Counted from the first letter of the stretch, positions 19,999 through 28,075 are shown. The stretch: 32,000 bases of DNA from Candidatus Scalindua sp. (GCA_031316235.1 JALDRA010000001.1:3150001-3182000); one strand, 5' to 3'. Notes: generated from the letters alone by a model not told the origin. Program-made: numbers and translations.

Positions 19999-20204
19999 TA
20001 TCGACAAAATTTGGGAGACAGTGATTGGTACATTCCGTATTATGCCGATATGAATTCTGTGTGGCTCACCATTTTTCTATTATCTTAACCGCTGTTATCA
20101 CCGCGACACAACAGAGATAATGAATCAGGAGTGAGTGATTTCTTAAATCAGTTCATTTTGGTGAACAGGTACGGTATATCTTAATAGCAGGCAGTATTCA
20201 GAAG

Positions 20205-21527
20205 TCAGAGAGAAACCGTTTCATATTTTTCGCTCATGTTTTCTTCAAGAATTATGCCTTTATCGCTAAGCACCATCCTGGCTCTATCTGAAAATTTCCC
20301 TGAGATACGTAATATAAATTGCTTGGCAGGATAATCCGGTGATTTCAATAACGCTAAAACCTCAGATACAAAAAGATCGGTCAGCTCCGTCCAGTATACA
20401 TGATCCAGCGAATACGTAGCTACAATTGTCTGATCAGCGGTGTGACCTACGACAGATCTCTGGACAGGGATTAATTCCAAAAAAGGTTTTATATTTTTAT
20501 GATAACTCATCATCATCTCGGCATTACGTTGTTGAATGAATGTATTTTCCTCATGCTGGGCCAAGATTGCCTGTTTGATGAACTGATCACGGTTTTTGAC
20601 CCCGTTCATCTCCGCCAGCGCATGGACGATAATCGTCTTACAGGTGGGTGAATATTCAGGGTGGTTAAGAAACGTTTCGATGACAGAATCATCTGCGCCC
20701 ATCTCTTTAAGTTTTTCTCTGTTAATATGTTGGAGGTCTTCGGGTGTATTGTCGCGCACTATTGTTTCGAGGTTCTCAAAAAAAGGGGTACGCACGATCA
20801 TCATGCCTGCTGTGTCTTTAAGGGGATCGGTAACCAATGAAACTCCTGCTTTACCGGCAAACCCAGCCCATGAGATGCTGTTCAATTCCCTTTGGAGTAC
20901 TCTGTTCGTAGAGTAGGGATCAACTCCCAATTGATATGCGTACTGGCGCTTAAGTTTTCCGAATCCTTCAAGCATGGCATTCAGCTCCTTTTCCTGATTT
21001 TCGCCATCACCCGTTGTCAGCTCACCAGAATGTGACAGAAATCTCCATCCTCCCTCAGGTAAGCCTGTTACAGTATCCGGGGCATGTAAAATCAGGTCAT
21101 TTACTCCACGGTATGAACTCCTGCCTGCGTTTTCTAACGCAACAAAGAATGATTTTGTTTTTTTTATCTCACTTAAGATACGTATAGTCTTAATTTCATG
21201 GGCCATCTTTTGCACCATAGCCTGGCTGTGGGCCTCAAATCTGCCAAACGGAGAGATTATGTCGAAACTGTGAGTAAAGCCATGCGTTTTTGTATCTGCT
21301 GTTGTCGCTGTCTTTCCTCTTACCTGGTAATTTTCTCCGAATTGCAAATCTTCGGGTAATACATCACTTGCAATTAACGTCTCCGGAGATTCATAGGGAA
21401 ATGTTAGGCTTTGACCGATAGAATCGGTCGTAAAATAAAGCAAAGATCCTGTAATGGCTACAAAACATATCATTGTTGCTAATGGATTGAAGGAACTCCG
21501 TAGCTTCAACTTGTTAGATTGTTTCAT
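20205..21527 (-). CDS. Secreted or membrane-anchored protein of unrecognised family (paralog P2)
   Basis: AAGGGGAGG lies upstream of ATG 21527; the track start at 21608 adds 27 unlikely codons. N-terminus MKQSNKLKLRSSFNPLATMICFVAITG parallels P1's MNKISRLPLKR.... Shared blocks with P1 are listed under that feature. Confidence 0.7.
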   Translation of the reverse strand: MKQSNKLKLRSSFNPLATMICFVAITGSLLYFTTDSIGQSLTFPYESPETLIASDVLPEDLQFGENYQVRGKTATTADTKTHGFTHSFDIISPFGRFEAHSQAMVQKMAHEIKTIRILSEIKKTKSFFVALENAGRSSYRGVNDLILHAPDTVTGLPEGGWRFLSHSGELTTGDGENQEKELNAMLEGFGKLKRQYAYQLGVDPYSTNRVLQRELNSISWAGFAGKAGVSLVTDPLKDTAGMMIVRTPFFENLETIVRDNTPEDLQHINREKLKEMGADDSVIETFLNHPEYSPTCKTIIVHALAEMNGVKNRDQFIKQAILAQHEENTFIQQRNAEMMMSYHKNIKPFLELIPVQRSVVGHTADQTIVATYSLDHVYWTELTDLFVSEVLALLKSPDYPAKQFILRISGKFSDRARMVLSDKGIILEENMSEKYETVSL

Positions 21528-21669
21528 CTTTTTTATCCTCCCCTTCTTACTTTTTGTTGTAATACAGACGTAATAATTCGTTGTATAAACAGATTGGTGT
21601 AGAACCAAAATTTTAATGAATGATAATTGGTATATTTAAGCATATATGATATGCATTGTCTATGAAAGA

Positions 21670-21919
21670 TATTAATACCAATTTGGTTTTCGGTTTTACC
21701 CGTTTCCGCCAGAATGAGTATCACCCGCCCGTACCGGTACGGGCGGGGGCTGGCGAACGGCTGACAGGCCGGGCTGGCTGTAAGCCAGATCTTGGTGAAG
21801 GTATCCCCGGACAAAAAGCGCCGAGAATTTTACTCGCTCAATTTTATATCGGATTTTACCTGTCTATGTGCGTTCCTTACGCACAGGCAGGCCAGAAAAC
21901 ATTATGAGATGAGTATATC
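21670..21919 (-). repeat. Expanded copy (copy C) of the repeat family, about 250 bp
   Basis: The reverse complement keeps all conserved blocks in order: TATACTCATCTCATAATG; AAAATCCGATATAAAATTGAGCGAGTA; TACCTTCACCAAGAT; GGTAAAACCGAAAACCAAATTGGT. Three insertions are present, including a GC-rich segment with the perfect 24-nt palindrome CCCGCCCGTACCGGTACGGGCGGG (21724-21747). Confidence 0.85.
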
Positions 21920-21965
21920 TGGAGGCTAATGATAGTGGATGCGATCTTTCGAGGAGGAAAGAAGC

Positions 21966-22001
21966 ATGGCAATCATGGCAATGCAGTGGTTTAAATGGTA
22001 A
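21966..22001 (+). CDS. Candidate micro-ORF (11 codons, MAIMAMQWFKW)
   Basis: A perfect GAGGAGG (21951-21957) lies 8 nt upstream of ATG 21966, at the left edge of the AT-rich cassette and 290 nt upstream of the membrane-protein gene. There is no other support. Confidence 0.2.
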   Translation: MAIMAMQWFKW

Positions 22002-22290
22002 CAGGGTTATAATCCATTATGAACATGCAACCTTATAGCCAGTGTTTATGGAAAAGATGTTAAAAATAGTGGTTTTGTACCTTGCGTTGTAACGGTGGTT
22101 TATGGTAGAAAAAACGGTATTTGTGAAGTACCTATTGTGGGAAGACTTGATAAAAGACTCATACAAAAAGGCGGTAGAAAATCATAAATCGTGATTTATA
22201 AATCTGAACATTTGAGGCTGGGTATCATAATGTCCAGCATAAACTTGTCCTTTATTAAGCAGCACATGTGAAGCAAAGAGGCTATGTAAA

Positions 22291-22980
22291 ATGGAACTTG
22301 TGATAAATGGTATAAATATTTTGGCTTATATTTATGAGGAGATCTTCTGGCTTAAGGAAATCTTATTAATAGTACAATCATTTATTGTTGCTGCTTTCGT
22401 GTGGTGGTTTTCCACTTTAAAACAGAGATATACATTACTTCTCATCCTGTCAGCCTTTATCGGATGTGCTTGCGGTATCATAGGTGATTTGGAGTATTGG
22501 AATGATAATGACGTATTAAAGCATATTGCCCCCGTGTCTTTATACTTGATAGGAAATAATGATAAAAAACGAAGAAATGATATTCTCCTGTTCGCGTTTC
22601 TTTGTCCTTTCTTTGTTATTTCTTACGAACCCTACAGAAGTTACTTAATGGCAGCGTTATCCATACTATCACATGTGTTGATTTATTACTTCATTTTTAT
22701 TGTCAGAAGAAGTATATGTTTTTCCATATGTATTGGTATCTTAATCGGATTGCTGTACAATTATATTGGCAGTAGTGCTTCCCCCGGCACGAATGATATT
22801 CTTGTAAATCCTGCGTTGATTACGCTGTATACAAAAGGTATTGATTATTACACGAAAAAGGATAACTATACACTGTTCTTACGGTATTTCTGGATAGTAC
22901 TTTTGTGCTTTGCATATTTTGGAAATTGGATATTTTACTCTGTAAGTGATTATTATGACATGTTTCCATGTTTGTGGTAG
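22291..22980 (+). CDS. Orphan polytopic membrane protein (about 6 hydrophobic segments)
   Basis: 229 aa, very AT-rich coding (a hand count of 22561-22620 gives 19 G+C of 60), rich in F/I/Y/L/C. I recognise no family motif. Confidence 0.55.
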   Translation: MELVINGINILAYIYEEIFWLKEILLIVQSFIVAAFVWWFSTLKQRYTLLLILSAFIGCACGIIGDLEYWNDNDVLKHIAPVSLYLIGNNDKKRRNDILLFAFLCPFFVISYEPYRSYLMAALSILSHVLIYYFIFIVRRSICFSICIGILIGLLYNYIGSSASPGTNDILVNPALITLYTKGIDYYTKKDNYTLFLRYFWIVLLCFAYFGNWIFYSVSDYYDMFPCLW

Positions 22981-23049
22981 GAATTGAAATACACATAAAA
23001 TTCTTTATTAGATTTCAGTAGACCGGATGAGATTGTCTCGTATGATTAA

Positions 23050-23847
23050 ATGTATGTTTCCGTTATTACACAGATAATTCCTGCAACTACGAAAGAGGTG
23101 GATGAAGAGTTGAAAAAGACGTATCTCGAATTCAATCCGGATTTTCCTGCAAAGGTTTTTGAGGGAATGGATGGTGTTTTTAACCTTTCCCTGGTAGCCT
23201 ATTCACAGGATGAAGGAAACACATGGTTCTTTACCGGCGGAAACATAATGGGGTTACGTGTCGCACATATTAAACCTGATATTTTGGAAAAGATTCAAAT
23301 ACCTTTGCCCACGTTACTTTTTGGAGAAGGCGACGATACAATAAAATTGGTCAGGCAAAGGAAACGATGGGTTTCGAATATATCTGAAATGCCAACGGAT
23401 GCAGGTGATGAAAGCATTATCTTTACCCTTGGAGAGAATACGATTGATGAGCAGCCGAATACGGCAGGCTTAGGGAGTTTGAATGATAACCTTGACCTGT
23501 ACATATACCTTGAAGAGTATCCCGATCTACTGGGTGAAGTACGTGGAAATCCGGTCCAACCGGCTGCGGATAAGAATTTTGTTAAACCAGAGGGTAGACA
23601 GGAGACTTCAGGAAATGCATCTCAATCTGTATTCGTTACCAGAACTTCCAACATGTATCACAGACCTGACTGCCCTGGCTTAAAAGATGAGGATCTGCTT
23701 GAATTTGCGTCGTCCGGGGAAAAGCCCTTGAGGCTGGAGGTATGCCCTGTAATCGTTGTAAACCCTGATACAGGAGGTAACATGCTGGAGTCTTACAGGA
23801 ATTACCAACTGCTTGAGCAACCGCCTCCTCAGTGTTACGCAAGGTGA
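23050..23847 (+). CDS. Orphan protein with an Ada-type Zn-binding ('sunset'-like) C-terminal motif, disrupted by a 1-nt frameshift
   Basis: The annotated frame gives ...MYHRPDCPGLKDEDLLEFASSGEKPLRLEVCPV.... Shifting -1 within GGGGAAAAG (23716-23724) gives ...EFASSGEKALEAGGMPCNRCKP with a stop at 23766-23768. This matches E. coli Ada N-terminus FCRPSCRA...ASEALAAGFRPCKRCQP. The intended CDS is probably 23050..23768. Confidence 0.6.
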   Translation: MYVSVITQIIPATTKEVDEELKKTYLEFNPDFPAKVFEGMDGVFNLSLVAYSQDEGNTWFFTGGNIMGLRVAHIKPDILEKIQIPLPTLLFGEGDDTIKLVRQRKRWVSNISEMPTDAGDESIIFTLGENTIDEQPNTAGLGSLNDNLDLYIYLEEYPDLLGEVRGNPVQPAADKNFVKPEGRQETSGNASQSVFVTRTSNMYHRPDCPGLKDEDLLEFASSGEKPLRLEVCPVIVVNPDTGGNMLESYRNYQLLEQPPPQCYAR

Positions 23848-23961
23848 TATACTCATCTCATACTGGATTTCGGATAAAATCCGAGATAAAATTGAGTGAG
23901 TATACCTTCACCAAGATTTGGTTGCCGGTTTTACCGGAAACCAAATCGGTTTTAGTATAAC
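23846..23961 (+). repeat. Full short copy (copy B) of the repeat family
   Basis: (GA)TATACTCATCTCATACTGGATTTCGGATAAAATCCGAGATAAAATTGAGTGAGTATACCTTCACCAAGATTTGGTTGCCGGTTTTACCGGAAACCAAATCGGTTTTAGTATAAC. The 3' hairpin is at 23915-23947. The first two bases overlap the TGA of the upstream ORF. Confidence 0.9.
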
Positions 23962-24210
23962 AATTGTGTGACAGCACTGGATTTAATTCGCAAATCAAAA
24001 ATCACAATTTTTTACCAACTGATCAAGGCGATTCTCTGAATAGCATATCAGCCTTAATTAGGTTGAAAATTTTTTTTATTATGATAGTATCGCAACTTTG
24101 AAAAATGGGTACTAATGGTCTCATTGTAAAGGTGAAGGTAACCTACTGATGATATATCGTACCATTGTAAAGAGGGTCCCTGTGGATTCAATGGAAGGGG
24201 GAACTTGAAG

Positions 24211-25320
24211 ATGCACAGGATTGGGTCCTGTTTCGGCACTCTTGCCGTCAGTTTTTTAATTGTGCTGTGTCTATTCCTGCCTGCCTGTGGCAGATTTGGA
24301 CCCAGACAAATACCAAGAGACAGCTTCAACTATAATGAGGCGATTGCACGTTCGTCTAATGAACAGATGTTAATCAACCTCGTACGCCTGCGATATCGTG
24401 AAGTGCCTGTGTTTCTTGCTGTTGGCTCGGTGCTTACCCAATATTTTTACGGCGGAGAGGCTTCTGTGAGCGCCTTTTTTGGCAAACCTACGAGTGCTGC
24501 GGCTAATGAGATTATAGGTGCAACGGGTCATACGGTTTACTTTGAGCGGCCTACTATTACCTACAGTCCTCTGGCCGGTCAGGAATTCACGCAACAACTG
24601 CTGACCCCACTTCCCCATGCATTGGTTTTTTCCCTCGTACAGTCCGGCTGGCCGCCGGAGCAACTGCTGATGATGAGCCTGGAACGAGTGAACCATCTGG
24701 AGAATATACCTTTCAGTACTGTGCCAACCGCAGAGAGCCTTGAAGGTCTTCGTACATTTAATCGTATGGTTCAAGTCATTATAGAATTGTCGAGACGCAG
24801 GTCTCTGGAAATGCAAAGCAACAATTCTGTGACTCCGAGCACCCGTTCCTTAGTCTTCAAACAGGTACAGGATAATGATACCCGGGCCCTGATCGATGAA
24901 TGTAAAAGTATGCTTGGCCTTGACCCTGATCACTCCTCTTTTCGGGTAACAGGGAGATTGGTAGGGCGTAAACCGGATGAGGTCACCATAAGGGTAAGGT
25001 CGCTTTTAGCCCTGATGGGATTCCTCTCCCGTGGTATAGAGGTTCCTGCCGCACACATCGAGGAACAACGCGTCGAGGAGATGGTTTTTTCGGTTGACCC
25101 GGAACTTTGTTCACTGTTGTTTCCGTTGAGAATTCACTCCAGTGTTGAACGTCCCGCAGACGCCTTCGTCGCGGCGCGACATCATGATCACTGGTTTTAT
25201 ATCAGTCACTCCGATCATATGAGTAAACAGGCCTTTGGTCTGCTTACCTATCTTTTCCTCATGCAGGCTCCTCAGGCGCAGACATTGGGACCGATGATTA
25301 CCGTTCCTACGTCTCAATGA
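24211..25320 (+). CDS. Predicted lipoprotein of unknown function
   Basis: GGAAGGGGG lies upstream of ATG 24211; the track start is TTG 24205. Signal peptide with lipobox LFLPAC. I recognise no family motif. The 3' end overlaps the convergent MscK-like gene by 7 nt. Confidence 0.65.
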   Translation: MHRIGSCFGTLAVSFLIVLCLFLPACGRFGPRQIPRDSFNYNEAIARSSNEQMLINLVRLRYREVPVFLAVGSVLTQYFYGGEASVSAFFGKPTSAAANEIIGATGHTVYFERPTITYSPLAGQEFTQQLLTPLPHALVFSLVQSGWPPEQLLMMSLERVNHLENIPFSTVPTAESLEGLRTFNRMVQVIIELSRRRSLEMQSNNSVTPSTRSLVFKQVQDNDTRALIDECKSMLGLDPDHSSFRVTGRLVGRKPDEVTIRVRSLLALMGFLSRGIEVPAAHIEEQRVEEMVFSVDPELCSLLFPLRIHSSVERPADAFVAARHHDHWFYISHSDHMSKQAFGLLTYLFLMQAPQAQTLGPMITVPTSQ

Positions 25321-27755
25321 AGATATGGTGTATTGATAAACTTCAAATTGAAATCACCCTTTGGTCTGGGGGTATCGATGCCGGCTTCCTTTATGGTGTC
25401 ATGAACACCTAATGCTATCTCAGACATGGTTTGGAATATGTTGTCTGATACCCAGTAGTAAAGAGTAAAGTCGAGATAGTTATCGCCAAATCCGTTGAAG
25501 ACCGCCATTGGTTCAGGACTTTTTAATACACCCTGATGTTCTCCGGCAACTTTACATAATAATTCGAGTACTTTGTGAGGATCATTTCCATATGCTACCT
25601 TGACAGGCAGTTTTATTCTCCGTCGGCGGTCAGACATGGTCCAGTTCGTAACTTGATTAGAGATTAAGTTTGCATTGGGAACGATGACGTCAGATCCGTC
25701 AAAGGTTTTTACCGTGCTGGAACGTATGCCGATATTCTCCACGTTGCCGACTATATTGTTTACCTCTACCGTATCACCAACCTCGATAGGCCGTTCAAAA
25801 ATAATGATCAGGCCTGATACAAAATTTTCAATAATATTTCGCAGGCCAAAACCGAGACCGACACCCACCGCACCTGCAAGGAGTCCGAACTTCCCAAGAT
25901 CAATACCGATGGCGGAGATGGCCAGGAATGCCCCGATTCCGATAATGGTGTATCGAACCATCAATGATATTGCTCCCGGAACACCTCTGGGAAGACTAAG
26001 TCGGGTGAATATCTCTGTTTCCAGAAAGGTACGTATCAGACGGGCCAGGATAAAGACGATTGCCAGGATGACGAAGAAACTGAAAATGGCGCCGACGGAA
26101 ATCTCTGCCGTGCCCAGGGTCCATCTCCGTTCTGCGACTTTTACAATCCAGTTCCAGAATGGTTGGGATATCCCAAAAGTTCTGAAAATCATGCGTAACC
26201 AGAAAAAAAGAACGATGAGATGAATAACGGAAATAGTTCGTCGTTCCATTTGCCCGGCATACTTCTCTACGATATGAAAAGAGCGTGCACTACGTCTCCT
26301 GATAAGGAGAACAATAAATCCGTCGAGTACCCGGGTTATTACGTACATGGCAAATGTTACATAGAGGATGTTCATCATTCCTGAAGTCAATACATACGCT
26401 AAATAAGAGATTCCAATTATATTGATTACCAGAGAAACCAGCGAAATGAATAATATGAGAGAACTCATAATTATTGATAATGTATATGTTAAACGGGATT
26501 TTATCTGATACATCCGGCTTCCCGGTCTGAGCCACCATGCAAGGGGAGGAATTATTAAGATTGATATCAGTAAGAGCAGCAATCTCTGCATCAAGATATA
26601 ATCTCCTACTATGTAGCCGGCAATATTAAGAAAACAGAGACCGGTCAGATAATAGATGGGCCTTTTCAGCTCATGGGCAAAGATTCCCGGTACTAACCGC
26701 AGGATTGGAAAAAGTACTAACAGGATTATTAATTCACCAAATGCTTCGGGTCTATCGGTATGTATCAAGCCACCAAAAAAAAGGGAGATCAGAAACGCAG
26801 TGGTGATGGGGTATGAGATAAAGAATGCTGAGGCCTTAATGTCCTCATCATTTCTATCAAACAGACGGTTATGTCTGTTCTGTTGATAAAAAAAGATCAT
26901 TACTGCCAGGAACCCCGCAAAAATAGTTATATGGAGGATGCAACGCCATTTGCTGGTATCAAAATATTCCCTGTTCACCTGAATGAAATTTATACAGGAT
27001 TCAAAAATCTGACTATCAAAACTTGGTATACCATCCAAGTCTGAAATTGTTTCCCAAATGGGCGGGCCGTCACGCACGAAGAGCTGCGTGCGTGAACGTG
27101 CTTCAGCATTGACTATAAGATCAATCAGTTTGGTAATTTCAAGCCCTTGTTCAGATATCTGATCCTGGAATGTCAGCAACACTTTGATGTGTTCGGTTAT
27201 CTGAGTTCTTGTCTCTCTGATTTGATCAAGGGTTGTTTTGGCTCTCTCCTGAATCACCTCTGGGGCGCTGTTGTTAATGGCTGAATCTGAGGTAAGTTGC
27301 CAGAGGGTAATCATTTCATCAAGTTGCCTGCTATCCTCATCTAATAACTCTGAACGTTCTTCAAGTGTCTCTTCCCACTTTTTGAGTTTATTAAGCTGCA
27401 TATTCCATTCCTGTTTGAGTTTCTGCAATTTCCATTTGGTCAGGTTGTTGAGTGAACGATAGATCCAACTGGAGTGTACCCTGTTCATGGAAGAGAGGAA
27501 GAGCGGTAATTCTTCTCTTATTGTCAGGATTTCAGTTATAGGCTCAATGTCCTTTTTTATTTTATTCAGGAGGAGGTACGTCTCCTGAGCTCGGTTTGAG
27601 ATCTTCGTAATCGGGATTGGCACCGGTTTTTCAGGTTCCTGAGTTTCCTGTTTGGTATCGGTTTGCGGTGCGGCTTGCTCCAGGGTTTGTGCCGGAAGAG
27701 AACACGAGCAAAAGAAGAGAAAAAAGATGATAGAGATCACCCAGCAATGTTTCAT
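25314..27755 (-). CDS. MscK/MscM-like large mechanosensitive channel (MscS family)
   Basis: 813 aa. It has a signal peptide, a coiled-coil periplasmic domain of about 270 aa, and multiple TM helices. The MscS core reads NFVSGLIIIFERPIEVGDTVEVNNIVGNVENIGIRSSTVKTFDGSDVIVPNANLISNQVTNWT. Confidence 0.85.
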   Translation of the reverse strand: MKHCWVISIIFFLFFCSCSLPAQTLEQAAPQTDTKQETQEPEKPVPIPITKISNRAQETYLLLNKIKKDIEPITEILTIREELPLFLSSMNRVHSSWIYRSLNNLTKWKLQKLKQEWNMQLNKLKKWEETLEERSELLDEDSRQLDEMITLWQLTSDSAINNSAPEVIQERAKTTLDQIRETRTQITEHIKVLLTFQDQISEQGLEITKLIDLIVNAEARSRTQLFVRDGPPIWETISDLDGIPSFDSQIFESCINFIQVNREYFDTSKWRCILHITIFAGFLAVMIFFYQQNRHNRLFDRNDEDIKASAFFISYPITTAFLISLFFGGLIHTDRPEAFGELIILLVLFPILRLVPGIFAHELKRPIYYLTGLCFLNIAGYIVGDYILMQRLLLLLISILIIPPLAWWLRPGSRMYQIKSRLTYTLSIIMSSLILFISLVSLVINIIGISYLAYVLTSGMMNILYVTFAMYVITRVLDGFIVLLIRRRSARSFHIVEKYAGQMERRTISVIHLIVLFFWLRMIFRTFGISQPFWNWIVKVAERRWTLGTAEISVGAIFSFFVILAIVFILARLIRTFLETEIFTRLSLPRGVPGAISLMVRYTIIGIGAFLAISAIGIDLGKFGLLAGAVGVGLGFGLRNIIENFVSGLIIIFERPIEVGDTVEVNNIVGNVENIGIRSSTVKTFDGSDVIVPNANLISNQVTNWTMSDRRRRIKLPVKVAYGNDPHKVLELLCKVAGEHQGVLKSPEPMAVFNGFGDNYLDFTLYYWVSDNIFQTMSEIALGVHDTIKEAGIDTPRPKGDFNLKFINTPYLH

Positions 27756-28075
27756 AATAACAATCTTCAGGAGTAAGAGTAATAATCAGATTGTAACAGT
27801 AATTATTTTTCAGCATTATCTTGGAAGGAAACCGATAAAGCAATGATTTTTTGGTTGCATTATAAGAGGTTATGATGATAAAGCTTAAATGTAGTAAGCA
27901 GTGAACCACGTTAACTATTTGCATTTTTTACACGGTAATGGTAATATTTTTGTGATTAGATAGTGAAAACCTAATATGATATATTACATTTCAAATTATC
28001 GTACCGGTTTGTGTTCAAAGGAATATTATTCTTCGATTCATGATGCCGGCTAATCAATATTAACAGGGGGAAAAG

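Noticed and set aside
21533-21907. ORFs 21656-21907 (plus strand) and 21533-21814 (minus strand) upstream of P2.
   Set aside because: Both are carved out of repeat copy C, including its GC-rich palindromic insert. An open frame there is most simply a by-product of the repeat sequence.
23716-23724. Programmed -1 ribosomal frameshifting at GGGGAAAAG in the Ada-motif protein.
   Set aside because: In the zero frame the site reads GGG-GAA-AAG, which is not an X XXY YYZ heptamer. I saw no downstream stimulatory structure. A homopolymer indel or sequencing error is the simpler explanation.
3658-23961. The repeats as a CRISPR array or as integron attC sites.
   Set aside because: Copies are 2-7 kb apart, differ in length (53 to about 250 bp) and alternate in orientation. 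There are no short regular spacers, no cas or intI gene, and the segments between copies are multi-gene and far larger than typical integron cassettes.
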